Part shown: in pieces, positions 30,056-38,877 of the stretch
Layout of the letters: every line of letters begins with the position of its first letter
Position numbering within the stretch: position 1 is the stretch's first letter
Source of the DNA: an uncultured Candidatus Saccharibacteria bacterium
Lineage (GTDB): Bacteria; Patescibacteriota; Saccharimonadia; Saccharimonadales; UBA7683
Length of the DNA stretch: 64,000 nucleotides
Direction: 5' to 3'
Assembly: GCA_964632215.1 (NCBI GenBank)
Contig: CAZWBG010000001.1
Span: forward strand, 241,776-305,775
Made by a program: the position numbers and the translations under genes
The notes under the pieces: model-generated
Databases searched by the model: none
Told to the model about the DNA's origin: nothing
Seen by the model: the letters and a program-made list of their open reading frames with translations, nothing else

Positions 30056-30691
30056 TTAGGCTGCTAAGGCTTGGGCCAAATGAGCATATGCCAATGCTGG
30101 ATCTTGTGCTCCGTGGATAAATCCCCCGACATTCAGCACCTCTATACCACCATCGGATAGCTGTCTGATATTATGCTCATTAATACCACCATCCCAGCCA
30201 AAGGTAAGTTCCTGATTGTACACCTTTGCTTCCGCAACCTTTTTGAGTAAAGTCAGGTCTGCAGTACTACCGCCCTGATAGCCAAGGTTGCCGCTGAATA
30301 TCATTAGTTGCTGCACATGAGACAATATATCCGCAACTGAAGCAACCGATGTTTCAGCCAGCAAAGCAACACCACATAGGATATCGTGAGCGTTAATAAC
30401 ACTAGCAAACGCAGAAATATCACAATCAGCTTCAGCTTGCACAATTACCATACGAGGCTTCAGTGCAATTAGTTTTTCAAGGTATTCTTCAGGTCTCACA
30501 TACATCAGATGTATATCACAAACGATATTTTCGGGTAACCAAACTTGGCTAAGCTCTAGGCTTGTATTGGGCGTAAATTTACCGTCCATAAGATCAATAT
30601 GTAGATGAGCTGCGAAACTCTGGACTCGTTCTACTTGTTCACGGTAAATATGCGGATCTTGAGCCGTTATGGTAGGTGAAATAACTGACAT
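30056..30691 (-). CDS. rpe: Ribulose-phosphate 3-epimerase
   Basis: HLHIDLMDGKFTPN motif, 211 aa. Confidence 0.85.
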   Translation of the reverse strand: MSVISPTITAQDPHIYREQVERVQSFAAHLHIDLMDGKFTPNTSLELSQVWLPENIVCDIHLMYVRPEEYLEKLIALKPRMVIVQAEADCDISAFASVINAHDILCGVALLAETSVASVADILSHVQQLMIFSGNLGYQGGSTADLTLLKKVAEAKVYNQELTFGWDGGINEHNIRQLSDGGIEVLNVGGFIHGAQDPALAYAHLAQALAA

Positions 30692-30723
30692 ATTACAATT
30701 ATTATATCACCTTCGAAAGAGCT

Positions 30724-31173
30724 CTAGATACTGTCAAGTTCTTGGTTACGCCGCACATGCCGAGTGGCGCCAGAAAACTTAGTATTAAGCCATGCATTAA
30801 TAATGTCATAGACGTTGTTCATGTCGCCATCTAACACACGAGAAGGTAAGCAAAGTACATTACTATCGTTATCAAGTCGAGTCATCTTGGCTTCGTATTC
30901 GTCCCAGATGACTGCCGCTCGAATACCCTTAACCCGGTTGGCTGCTATAGCCATGCCCTGACCCCCACCGCAAATTAAAATTGCTCGCGGGTCATTGTCT
31001 TCGCTACCGATAACTTTAGTCGCTGCCATAAAAGCAAACTGCGGATAGTCATCATTCGGGTCAAGTACCCTGTCTCCTACATCTTCAACATCTAGATCTT
31101 TATTAGACAACCATGCAAATATAGCTTCTTTGAGGTGAAAACCTTGGTGGTCTGATCCAATATATACCTTCAT
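30724..31173 (-). CDS. rpiB: Ribose-5-phosphate isomerase B
   Basis: MKVYIGSDHQGF N-terminus and CGGGQGMAIAANR motif. Confidence 0.85.
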   Translation of the reverse strand: MKVYIGSDHQGFHLKEAIFAWLSNKDLDVEDVGDRVLDPNDDYPQFAFMAATKVIGSEDNDPRAILICGGGQGMAIAANRVKGIRAAVIWDEYEAKMTRLDNDSNVLCLPSRVLDGDMNNVYDIINAWLNTKFSGATRHVRRNQELDSI

Positions 31174-32199
31174 CTACTTATGCAGTCCTTTGCCTAGATC
31201 TACGGTCAGCTCTACGAGGCGGTTACTGTAGCCCCACTCGTTATCATACCAGGCAACAATTTTTAGAAGATTACCTCCAACTACATTCGTAAGTTTTAAA
31301 TCTACAATTGCAGAGTGGCTATTACCAATAAAATCGCTGGAGACAAGTTCTTCATCCGTCACAGTCAAGATTCCTTGATAGTATGGTTCAGCAGATGCTT
31401 TTTTGAAGACAGCATTAACCTCTTCTACCGTTACATCACGCTTGGTTACTATGACAAAATCAGAAACCGAGACTATAGCCGTTGGCACTCGAAGCGACAA
31501 GCCATCAAACTTACCCCTAACACTCGGGAGAGCCTCGCCGACGGCAATTGCTGCTCCAGTACTCGTTGGAATAATATTATGTGCGGCTGCACGAGCACGG
31601 CGTAAATCTGTGTGGGGTGCATCTTGTAAACGCTGATCGGAGGTATAGCTGTGAATTGTCGTCATCATAGCCTTTTCGATCCCAAAGGCGCTTTCGACAA
31701 CTGCAGCAACTGGAGTGATACAGTTAGTTGTACAAGATCCGTTATTCACGACGTCGCCAACACCTGCAATCTTGTCGTCATTCACACCAAGCACTATAGT
31801 CTCAGACCCCTCACCTTTAGCAGGAGCTGAGATAAGCACCTTCTTAGCACCGCCGCCCTCAACATGAGCCTTAGCCTTAGCTGGATCCGTGAAGAAACCA
31901 GTTGATTCTATAACCACATCAATGTCATGAGCTGCCCAAGGTAACTTAGCTGGTTCTTTTTCCGCAAAAACCAGAACTTCTTTACCGTCTACCTTAATAC
32001 CGTGCTCAGTAGCCTCGATCGACTGATACCAGTCGTGTGCTGGATAGTTCGAATCATGTTTAAGCAAGTGTGCTAGCGTCTTATTGTCCGTTAAATCGTT
32101 GATCGCGACGACATCAACATCATTACGTGCGTGCATAATCTTAAAGGCGTTGCGACCAATACGCCCAAATCCGTTAATTGCAACTTTCACTTTACTCAT
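31174..32199 (-). CDS. gap: Glyceraldehyde-3-phosphate dehydrogenase (type I)
   Basis: INGFGRIGRN N-terminus and SCTTNC active-site motif. Confidence 0.9.
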   Translation of the reverse strand: MSKVKVAINGFGRIGRNAFKIMHARNDVDVVAINDLTDNKTLAHLLKHDSNYPAHDWYQSIEATEHGIKVDGKEVLVFAEKEPAKLPWAAHDIDVVIESTGFFTDPAKAKAHVEGGGAKKVLISAPAKGEGSETIVLGVNDDKIAGVGDVVNNGSCTTNCITPVAAVVESAFGIEKAMMTTIHSYTSDQRLQDAPHTDLRRARAAAHNIIPTSTGAAIAVGEALPSVRGKFDGLSLRVPTAIVSVSDFVIVTKRDVTVEEVNAVFKKASAEPYYQGILTVTDEELVSSDFIGNSHSAIVDLKLTNVVGGNLLKIVAWYDNEWGYSNRLVELTVDLGKGLHK

Positions 32200-32277
32200 C
32201 CCACCCCCTTCATTTCAATTGTCATTCTGAACTGAATTCAGAATCTAGTATGGCTATCTACCAGCATTATATACTGC

Positions 32278-32823
32278 TTATGCTCCAGATGACAAGTAGC
32301 GCAGTAATACAAGTGCCGAACGTTCTTCACTCACCCGACCATCTAAGCACATGTCATGGGCTTCATCCCGACTTACTTTTACAACCTCGATTTCTTCACC
32401 ATCTTCAAGTTCCTGGCTTCCCTCTACATGGTTCTCTGCGACAAAATAATAAAGATCCCACTCCATAGTCGCCCCAAGCGTCGAGGTATGAAAGTGAGAT
32501 AGAGTTTGCACGGTAATGCCCGCTTCTTGCCGAGCCTCTTCTTCAGCTTTTGCGATCGCTGGTATTAATACATCCGTACCGGATCTTAAGAAATCATTGT
32601 ATTCACCAAGGGTATCGAACACCTTGCCACCAGGTAGACGAAAGTCGTAGCCGCCAACTTCTTGTCGGTGTTCGTGGGTCAGCAATATTTCATCTGTTCC
32701 AATTGGAATTATTAAACGAATGCCCGGTGCTCGCCGAGCCTTCTCGAAAGTCTTTTCACCATCCGAAGAAGCAAACTCCACTACCTCGACTATCTTGCCT
32801 TGGTAGGTAACAGTTTCACTCAT
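32278..32823 (-). CDS. NUDIX hydrolase
   Basis: Nudix box GG.V....E........REAKEEAGI-like: LPGGKVF...AIAKAEEEARQEAGI. Confidence 0.7.
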   Translation of the reverse strand: MSETVTYQGKIVEVVEFASSDGEKTFEKARRAPGIRLIIPIGTDEILLTHEHRQEVGGYDFRLPGGKVFDTLGEYNDFLRSGTDVLIPAIAKAEEEARQEAGITVQTLSHFHTSTLGATMEWDLYYFVAENHVEGSQELEDGEEIEVVKVSRDEAHDMCLDGRVSEERSALVLLRYLSSGA

Positions 32824-33212
32824 ATGGAATATTTCTCACTCACTAACCAATTCCCTCGAAGCTCTCTCAATGCTGCCACGATTTCGGTGATGTCACCCTC
32901 TGCCTTGAAAAGTGTGTACGACCCCTCTTCGAAAGGATTTGCATGTATGTGATACTGCCCTCTCTCCATACGAATTGTGTCTCCGTGGCTAAGTACCTTA
33001 TCAAACGACCCATCGCCATCAAGATCAAAAACTGTCATCTTGCATTTACCAGATACCTGCATTAAGTTCTCAAAAGCCTTTGGTCTATTATGTTTCGATA
33101 GGGTCACTCCAGGGGGAATATACATTACTCCAGTTGTAAATTTCTCGTCCGAGTGGCTAAAACAGAACTCTACTTTTGTTTCCGGATCTCGCCAAACCTC
33201 AAAAGGATTCAT
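32820..33212 (-). CDS. Cupin-fold protein, hypothetical
   Basis: Beta-barrel-like pattern with conserved His/Glu spacing (SKHNRP...ENLMQVSG...GQYHIHANP). 4-bp overlap with the NUDIX gene. Confidence 0.45.
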   Translation of the reverse strand: MNPFEVWRDPETKVEFCFSHSDEKFTTGVMYIPPGVTLSKHNRPKAFENLMQVSGKCKMTVFDLDGDGSFDKVLSHGDTIRMERGQYHIHANPFEEGSYTLFKAEGDITEIVAALRELRGNWLVSEKYSI

Positions 33213-33213
33213 C

Positions 33214-33744
33214 TTACTGCTCGTTCCAGCGGACTTGGCACTCTTCGATTATCTTTGTGGCGTCTTCTGTATTACCCCAACCTAGTACCTTGGTGCTACC
33301 TGGCTTCTTTAGATCTTTGTAGTGGTTAAAGTGATGTTCAATCTTTTGCTTCCACTGGTCGTGTAATTGATCGATACCCTGAATCTGGTCACCAGTATTT
33401 CTATCATCATCAGGCACGCAAACAATCTTGTGATCCATTTCGCCATCGTCTTCAAAGTTCAGCACTCCAATTACACGCGCCTTAAGATATACGCCTGTTG
33501 GAATTGGATCGTTAGTAATAACGAGTGTATCGAGTTCATCACCGTCTTCGTCAAGAGTTTGTGGGATAAAGCCGTAGTTAGTTGGTTTAGCGAAAATACT
33601 TGGCTCTACGCGGTCGAGTTCAAAAATTGCTAGCTTACGATTCCATTCGATCTTAAGAGTAGACCACTTAGGAATTTCAATAACAGTATTAATAACACCA
33701 CCCGTAACGTCACCTGCATCTAAAATTTGATTAAAATCAGCCAT
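33214..33744 (-). CDS. ppa: Inorganic pyrophosphatase (family I)
   Basis: DEDGDELDTLV and the EIPKWS motif region typical of soluble PPase. Confidence 0.85.
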   Translation of the reverse strand: MADFNQILDAGDVTGGVINTVIEIPKWSTLKIEWNRKLAIFELDRVEPSIFAKPTNYGFIPQTLDEDGDELDTLVITNDPIPTGVYLKARVIGVLNFEDDGEMDHKIVCVPDDDRNTGDQIQGIDQLHDQWKQKIEHHFNHYKDLKKPGSTKVLGWGNTEDATKIIEECQVRWNEQ

Positions 33745-33808
33745 TTGTTCTCCTTTATTTATTAGCTATTGTAACAGATTAAAGTACTATCGTGAAATAC
33801 GAAAACTC

Positions 33809-33838
33809 TTGACTTAATAGTATGTTTAATGATATAAT
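33809..33838 (+). promoter_or_regulatory. Candidate sigma70-like promoter (TTGACT-18 nt-TATAAT), possibly producing a leaderless mRNA
   Basis: TTGACT at 33809-33814 and TATAAT at 33833-33838. The ATG of the 33844 ORF lies only 5 nt downstream of the -10 element. Confidence 0.35.
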
Positions 33839-33843
33839 ATGGT

Positions 33844-35064
33844 ATGTCTAAAGTGGTTGAAAAGTTACCCTATTATCCCCGTGAAGTACTCGCAGAACGA
33901 GGTAGTATATTTGCTGAACTCTATTTTCAGGATCGACCTGAAGTGTCCGGCTTTGTCGTAGATTTACCCCAAACACGCTCCCACGAACAAGGAGTCTCAC
34001 TCTCGTCGGATGGCCGCAAAGCTATTTTGAGTATTTCCGATTCAACCATCTTTCCAGCTGGAGGTGCACTAGACAACTACGGCCTCAGCCGAGTCGAGTC
34101 TCGCTATGATTCCGAGGGTGAAGTATCACGGCTTTTCGCCGATCCCATATTTTACTCCAAACTTGACCTCTATTCAAAAGATGCGACACCTGTCGTATCT
34201 TTTACCTTTGAGAAAGACCAGCAAGATGCCTGGGAGCTCTGCGATATTGAACAAACATACTTTCACTGCAAAGGTAAAATCAGCAGGGCGCAAGGGGGTG
34301 ATCTTAACAAACATCCTCTTCAGCACCTAGAAGATAGCCTCGAGACAACCCTTTCTGAGTGGATACAAAATCAAGAGTCTACCCACCACGTTGGCTTCAT
34401 CCGAGATCCTCGAGGTAAAATAGCTGCCCATCGCCCGCTTAGACAATGGGCAGATTTTAAGAACCTACAGCTCATAGTAGACCTTTATAAAAAACAAACT
34501 ACAGAAAGTATCCTGGACGACGCAACACGTAGGCGTATACAAAACTACGTGAGCACTCCGCCTCATATCGCATCAGCTACCAAGAAAGGTCACGAGATAC
34601 CACGGACAGATGAACAGGAACAAGTAGATAAAGACCCTATCCTTGGTCTTCTAAGAATATTCAAAGCGCGTGATATCTCAAAGTTTGTACTGAACTCTAC
34701 AACCTTCAGCCTTTTATGTGGCGAGGTAGTTGAGGGAAACGTTGACACCGTGCGCCTGATTGGTATTGGTACAATCTTGGGAACAATCTCTGTTGAGCAA
34801 GTGGACGAAAGTACGTCTACATACAGAGCGGGCGGAAAGACAATTACTACCTCTGATCCTGAAGAATTTATCATTACACTACTACAATCTACACATCGGG
34901 AAAACGCTCGCAACCCACTTCGCCAACTTAGAGCTATGGCTGCAGAGCAACGCTTTCTCAACGACCTACCCGAACTCAAAGAAAAACTTGAGATTATAAG
35001 CAGAGCAAACGATAGCCTTAGGAGTCGGGCTTCACTCAGCAAAGCAAGACAACGACATAGGTAG
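33844..35064 (+). CDS. Hypothetical protein (406 aa)
   Basis: Long ORF with no recognisable motifs. Confidence 0.45.
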   Translation: MSKVVEKLPYYPREVLAERGSIFAELYFQDRPEVSGFVVDLPQTRSHEQGVSLSSDGRKAILSISDSTIFPAGGALDNYGLSRVESRYDSEGEVSRLFADPIFYSKLDLYSKDATPVVSFTFEKDQQDAWELCDIEQTYFHCKGKISRAQGGDLNKHPLQHLEDSLETTLSEWIQNQESTHHVGFIRDPRGKIAAHRPLRQWADFKNLQLIVDLYKKQTTESILDDATRRRIQNYVSTPPHIASATKKGHEIPRTDEQEQVDKDPILGLLRIFKARDISKFVLNSTTFSLLCGEVVEGNVDTVRLIGIGTILGTISVEQVDESTSTYRAGGKTITTSDPEEFIITLLQSTHRENARNPLRQLRAMAAEQRFLNDLPELKEKLEIISRANDSLRSRASLSKARQRHR

Positions 35065-35084
35065 AGTCTTTATTTGATGACTCA

Positions 35085-36032
35085 CTAAGAGTCTAGGTAC
35101 TGACGGATCTTGAGAGCGGCAGTAGCACCTTCGCCAACGGCTGAGGCGATTTGCATAGTCGCACCACTTCGTACATCACCACTGGCAAAGATACCAGCAA
35201 TGTTAGTCATTAAATTCTGATCGGTTAGGATAAAACCCGTGTCGTCTAATTTTACGTCAGTATTCTTGAGGAAATCAGTATTTGGGTCTAAACCAACAAA
35301 TACAAAGACACCATCAGTCTCAAATTCAACCTGTTTACCATCATGCGTGCCAAGAACCTTTGTAACTTTATTATCTTTTCCAATGATCTCGTCTGTTGAT
35401 ACACCCAAGTGTACAGTTATCTTACCAGCCTCTACAGCCTTGTCGAGTTCATGCTGCAACACCTCGCTGGCGCGTAGCTTAGAACGGACCAATAAATCAA
35501 TGTGAGTTGTAAATCGTGTGAGAAAAAGTGCTTCTTGTACAGCAGAGTTACCGCCACCCACCACCACAAGCCGTTTATCTCGATAAAAGGCGCCGTCGCA
35601 GGTTGCACAGTAGTGCACGCCGCGGCCGTAATACTCGTCTTCACCAGGCACGCCAATCTTGCGATAATCACTACCTGAGGCGATTAATACCGCTTTTGCC
35701 TTATATCCACCATCTAAAGTAGTGACCAAGATATTTCCATCTGCCTGTTTTGTGAGGTCCGTTACTTCACCGTAACGAATATCAGCACCAAAGCGATTAG
35801 CCTGTGCTTCAAGCTGCTCAGCTAATTTAAGGCCAGTAATTCCTTCTGGAAAACCTGGATAATTATCCACCTGATCAGTTATGGCTGCCAAACCACCGAT
35901 CACACCTTTTTCCAAAAGCACCGTACCAATATCCTCACGTGTCGTGTACACCGCCGCAGCTAGTGCCGAAGGACCAGCGCCGATCATGACAACATCATGT
36001 GTCTCTAACTTCGTGGGGGTATCTTGGTTCAC
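35085..36032 (-). CDS. trxB: Thioredoxin-disulfide reductase
   Basis: GAGPSALAAAVY FAD motif, CATCDG redox-active site, GGGNSA NADPH motif. Confidence 0.9.
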   Translation of the reverse strand: MNQDTPTKLETHDVVMIGAGPSALAAAVYTTREDIGTVLLEKGVIGGLAAITDQVDNYPGFPEGITGLKLAEQLEAQANRFGADIRYGEVTDLTKQADGNILVTTLDGGYKAKAVLIASGSDYRKIGVPGEDEYYGRGVHYCATCDGAFYRDKRLVVVGGGNSAVQEALFLTRFTTHIDLLVRSKLRASEVLQHELDKAVEAGKITVHLGVSTDEIIGKDNKVTKVLGTHDGKQVEFETDGVFVFVGLDPNTDFLKNTDVKLDDTGFILTDQNLMTNIAGIFASGDVRSGATMQIASAVGEGATAALKIRQYLDS

Positions 36033-36063
36033 GTGGTCTCCTCTGAATATAAAATTAGTCGGG

Positions 36064-36318
36064 TTAGGCTGCGAGCGCAGGCATTAACTGCCCTACATTA
36101 TAGCCGACAATCACTGTCTGATCATCAGACGTATCATCTTGAACAACAGTTACTGGTACACGAATCTGTCCACTCAACTGCATAACCTCTTGGTGGCGCT
36201 CAGGTGATTCGTCGATATTAACTTCGCTGTAATCATGGCCTTTCATGGCAAGCACACGCTTAACCATCTGGCATTGGCCGCAGGTGTTACTTGTATAAAC
36301 GGTGACTTTTTTAGACAT
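36064..36318 (-). CDS. Glutaredoxin/NrdH-like small redoxin
   Basis: 84 aa thioredoxin fold with a CGQC active site. Confidence 0.65.
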   Translation of the reverse strand: MSKKVTVYTSNTCGQCQMVKRVLAMKGHDYSEVNIDESPERHQEVMQLSGQIRVPVTVVQDDTSDDQTVIVGYNVGQLMPALAA

Positions 36319-36410
36319 TTCAGCCTTTCTTTATTTTTTATGTGCTTATGTTTAACTGTACGCCCCTAGTGTAGGTCTGTCAAGATCCTACGCTATATAT
36401 GTTGTACAAT

Positions 36411-36992
36411 TTACTGAGGAACTACTTCTATCACCTTAACTGTGAAGATAAGATCTGAGTTGGCTGGGATATCACCAGCTACTTGATCAGCGTAGGCGTC
36501 GGCTGCTGGTATAAAGATAGTCCGCTCACCGCCCTCCTTCACACCCACCAGACCTTGTGAGAATCCTGGGATAAAGTTCTCTGTGTTTGCCTGATAAGGC
36601 ACACCCTCTGCATAATTGCTGCCACCTTCGAAGGCGGTACCATCGGTAGCTAGTGTACCGTGGAAGAAGAGTAGTATACAGTCACCACTTTGTACTTCGG
36701 TACCAGTGCCTACTGTACTATCCTCGGTTTTTACCTCACTGAGTGTTTCTGAAGTTTGATTCTGAGGTATTGCTGGTGCTGGATCAACTTTTTTCGTCTC
36801 TATTGGACCTGGGGCACACTTAGCCGCAGCTTCAGCTTGAGCCTGCGATTGTTGTTGTGCTGTCTGTTGTTCGGTTTGTTGGTTTTTAGATTCAATAAAA
36901 TAGAGTATCGAGACTGCGACTGATGAAAATACAATCCCTACTATACCTATTAGAATAACGATGCGCTGAGCATTCTCTTTTACACGTGCCAT
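36411..36992 (-). CDS. FKBP-type peptidyl-prolyl cis-trans isomerase, membrane-anchored
   Basis: N-terminal TM, a Gln/Ala-rich linker, and an FKBP domain (FHGTLATDGTAFEGG...FIPGF..GLVGVKEGGERTIFIP). Confidence 0.75.
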   Translation of the reverse strand: MARVKENAQRIVILIGIVGIVFSSVAVSILYFIESKNQQTEQQTAQQQSQAQAEAAAKCAPGPIETKKVDPAPAIPQNQTSETLSEVKTEDSTVGTGTEVQSGDCILLFFHGTLATDGTAFEGGSNYAEGVPYQANTENFIPGFSQGLVGVKEGGERTIFIPAADAYADQVAGDIPANSDLIFTVKVIEVVPQ

Positions 36993-37095
36993 AAATTTTT
37001 ACCCTCCACCTGTCTGATTTTATTCAGGTTAATTCTCACTATACGCTCCTCAAAAACTCAAATCAAGCCTTGACTTTTCATACACTGTGCACTGC

Positions 37096-38877
37096 TTACG
37101 AGGCGGACATTTCATACTCTTTGAGCTTCTCTTTAGTCTTTGTATCTGTATGGTTTTGTAACTGCAACAGCTGTGCGTAAATACCCTTTGTATGAGCAAG
37201 ATCTGCTGGAGCACCCACTTCGTCTACGCGACCTTGCTTAAGGGTTACTATGCTATCTACGCCCGCAATGGTAGAAAGTCGGTGAGCAATAATAAGTGTC
37301 GTGCGGCCTTGCATCAACTTCTCCAGTGCCTTTTGTACTTCTGATTCTGCTTTACTATCTAGGCTCGAGGTAGCTTCATCTAATATGAGTATCGGCGCAT
37401 CTTTTAGAATTGCCCGAGCAATTGCAATTCGTTGTTTTTGCCCACCAGAGAGTTTAACGCCACGCTCTCCTACTAGAGTGTCCAAACCTTTCGGTAACTT
37501 TTCTATAAAACTCCAGGCGTTAGCGGCCTGGGCTGCGGTCCGAACATCTTTTTGGTTGGCTGAGGGGCGACCATAGGCTATATTTTCTCGTACTGTACCA
37601 CTAAAGAGCGCTGGGTCCTGAAATACAACAGCTATATTTTGACGCAAGCTTTTTTGGGTTACGTTAGCAATGTCTTTACCATCAATCGTAATAGTACCTT
37701 CTTGTGGTTCATATAAACGCAGTAGCAAATTTGTGATGGTCGTCTTACCCTCACCACTCTCACCTACTAATGCTAGTCTGGTTCCAGCCTTTAGCTCAAA
37801 GCTAACGTCCTTAAGTACCTGCTGGCTATCTTTATAGCTGAAATCTACATGGTTGAACATAACATCTGCCTGTTTTACACGCAAAGTTTTTGCACCTGGT
37901 GAATCTTCGATCTCAGACTCCTCTTCCATAGCCAAAAAATAGTCTTTACTGTCGGTAATAGCCCGCTGGGTCTGGTCTACCAAGAAACTCATACTAAAAA
38001 TTGGTAGCCTAATGAGTGCCCCGTATTGCAAGAACATAACAGTCTCACCCACACTAAACTTACCGAGAGCAGCCTGCCAGAAGATATACACGTAGACCAA
38101 GCCGAAAATGACGTTCAAAATTAAGCGTCGATAGATATCTTCTTTGTGCCACAATTTTGACTGAGGTCTGGTCAGCACAATGGTCTTTTTGAGCATTCTT
38201 CTAAAGAAATTTGACTCGGTTGTTTCGCTAGTATAGCTTTTGGTAACTTTAATCTCACTGACTACTTCTGAAAAACGGCCGCTCGCAATGTCACTTACTT
38301 CGTTAATATCCTTTTGATACACCTGCCACTTACTGCTCGTTCTTGTAGTAAACCACAGAAATACTGGATACAAGCTTGCGAAGAGAAGAGCTACTACCCA
38401 GCTATACCTGGCAACAATAATTAGCGTAAAAACAGTTGTTAGTAAGAACTGCAAAAAGTTGTTTGCGAACATGTTAATAAAAGCTGTGATACCTGTAATT
38501 GAACGACTGAGCCGACTAATGATCTTGCCCGTTAATTCCGTTGAGTAGTAGTTCTGGCTGAGCTTCAGCAGGTGGTCGTAGTACTTAGTTGAAAGGAAAT
38601 AGCGCAGCTTCACCGACATAACATCACCGTAATACCCAGCAACATTACTTACTAATGTAGAGCCTGCCTCGCTCAAGAAGATGACTACTACTATCAAAAT
38701 TATAGGTGCAAGCTTACCATTTCCGCCCACAACATCTGGTAGGCGGTCGATGGCGGCCTTGGTTAGAAGTGGCTGTACTTGGTTGAGCAATGCCAGTACT
38801 ACTGATGCTGCCGAGACCACTACATAGTATGGCCAGAGATGTTTAGCAAACTTGAGAATCTTTATAATCTGATTCAC
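37096..38877 (-). CDS. ABC exporter, fused permease/ATPase (MsbA/LmrA-like)
   Basis: Six-TM N-terminal domain, then Walker A (GESGEGKTT), the LSGGQKQR signature and Walker B (ILILDEATS). Confidence 0.85.
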   Translation of the reverse strand: MNQIIKILKFAKHLWPYYVVVSAASVVLALLNQVQPLLTKAAIDRLPDVVGGNGKLAPIILIVVVIFLSEAGSTLVSNVAGYYGDVMSVKLRYFLSTKYYDHLLKLSQNYYSTELTGKIISRLSRSITGITAFINMFANNFLQFLLTTVFTLIIVARYSWVVALLFASLYPVFLWFTTRTSSKWQVYQKDINEVSDIASGRFSEVVSEIKVTKSYTSETTESNFFRRMLKKTIVLTRPQSKLWHKEDIYRRLILNVIFGLVYVYIFWQAALGKFSVGETVMFLQYGALIRLPIFSMSFLVDQTQRAITDSKDYFLAMEEESEIEDSPGAKTLRVKQADVMFNHVDFSYKDSQQVLKDVSFELKAGTRLALVGESGEGKTTITNLLLRLYEPQEGTITIDGKDIANVTQKSLRQNIAVVFQDPALFSGTVRENIAYGRPSANQKDVRTAAQAANAWSFIEKLPKGLDTLVGERGVKLSGGQKQRIAIARAILKDAPILILDEATSSLDSKAESEVQKALEKLMQGRTTLIIAHRLSTIAGVDSIVTLKQGRVDEVGAPADLAHTKGIYAQLLQLQNHTDTKTKEKLKEYEMSAS

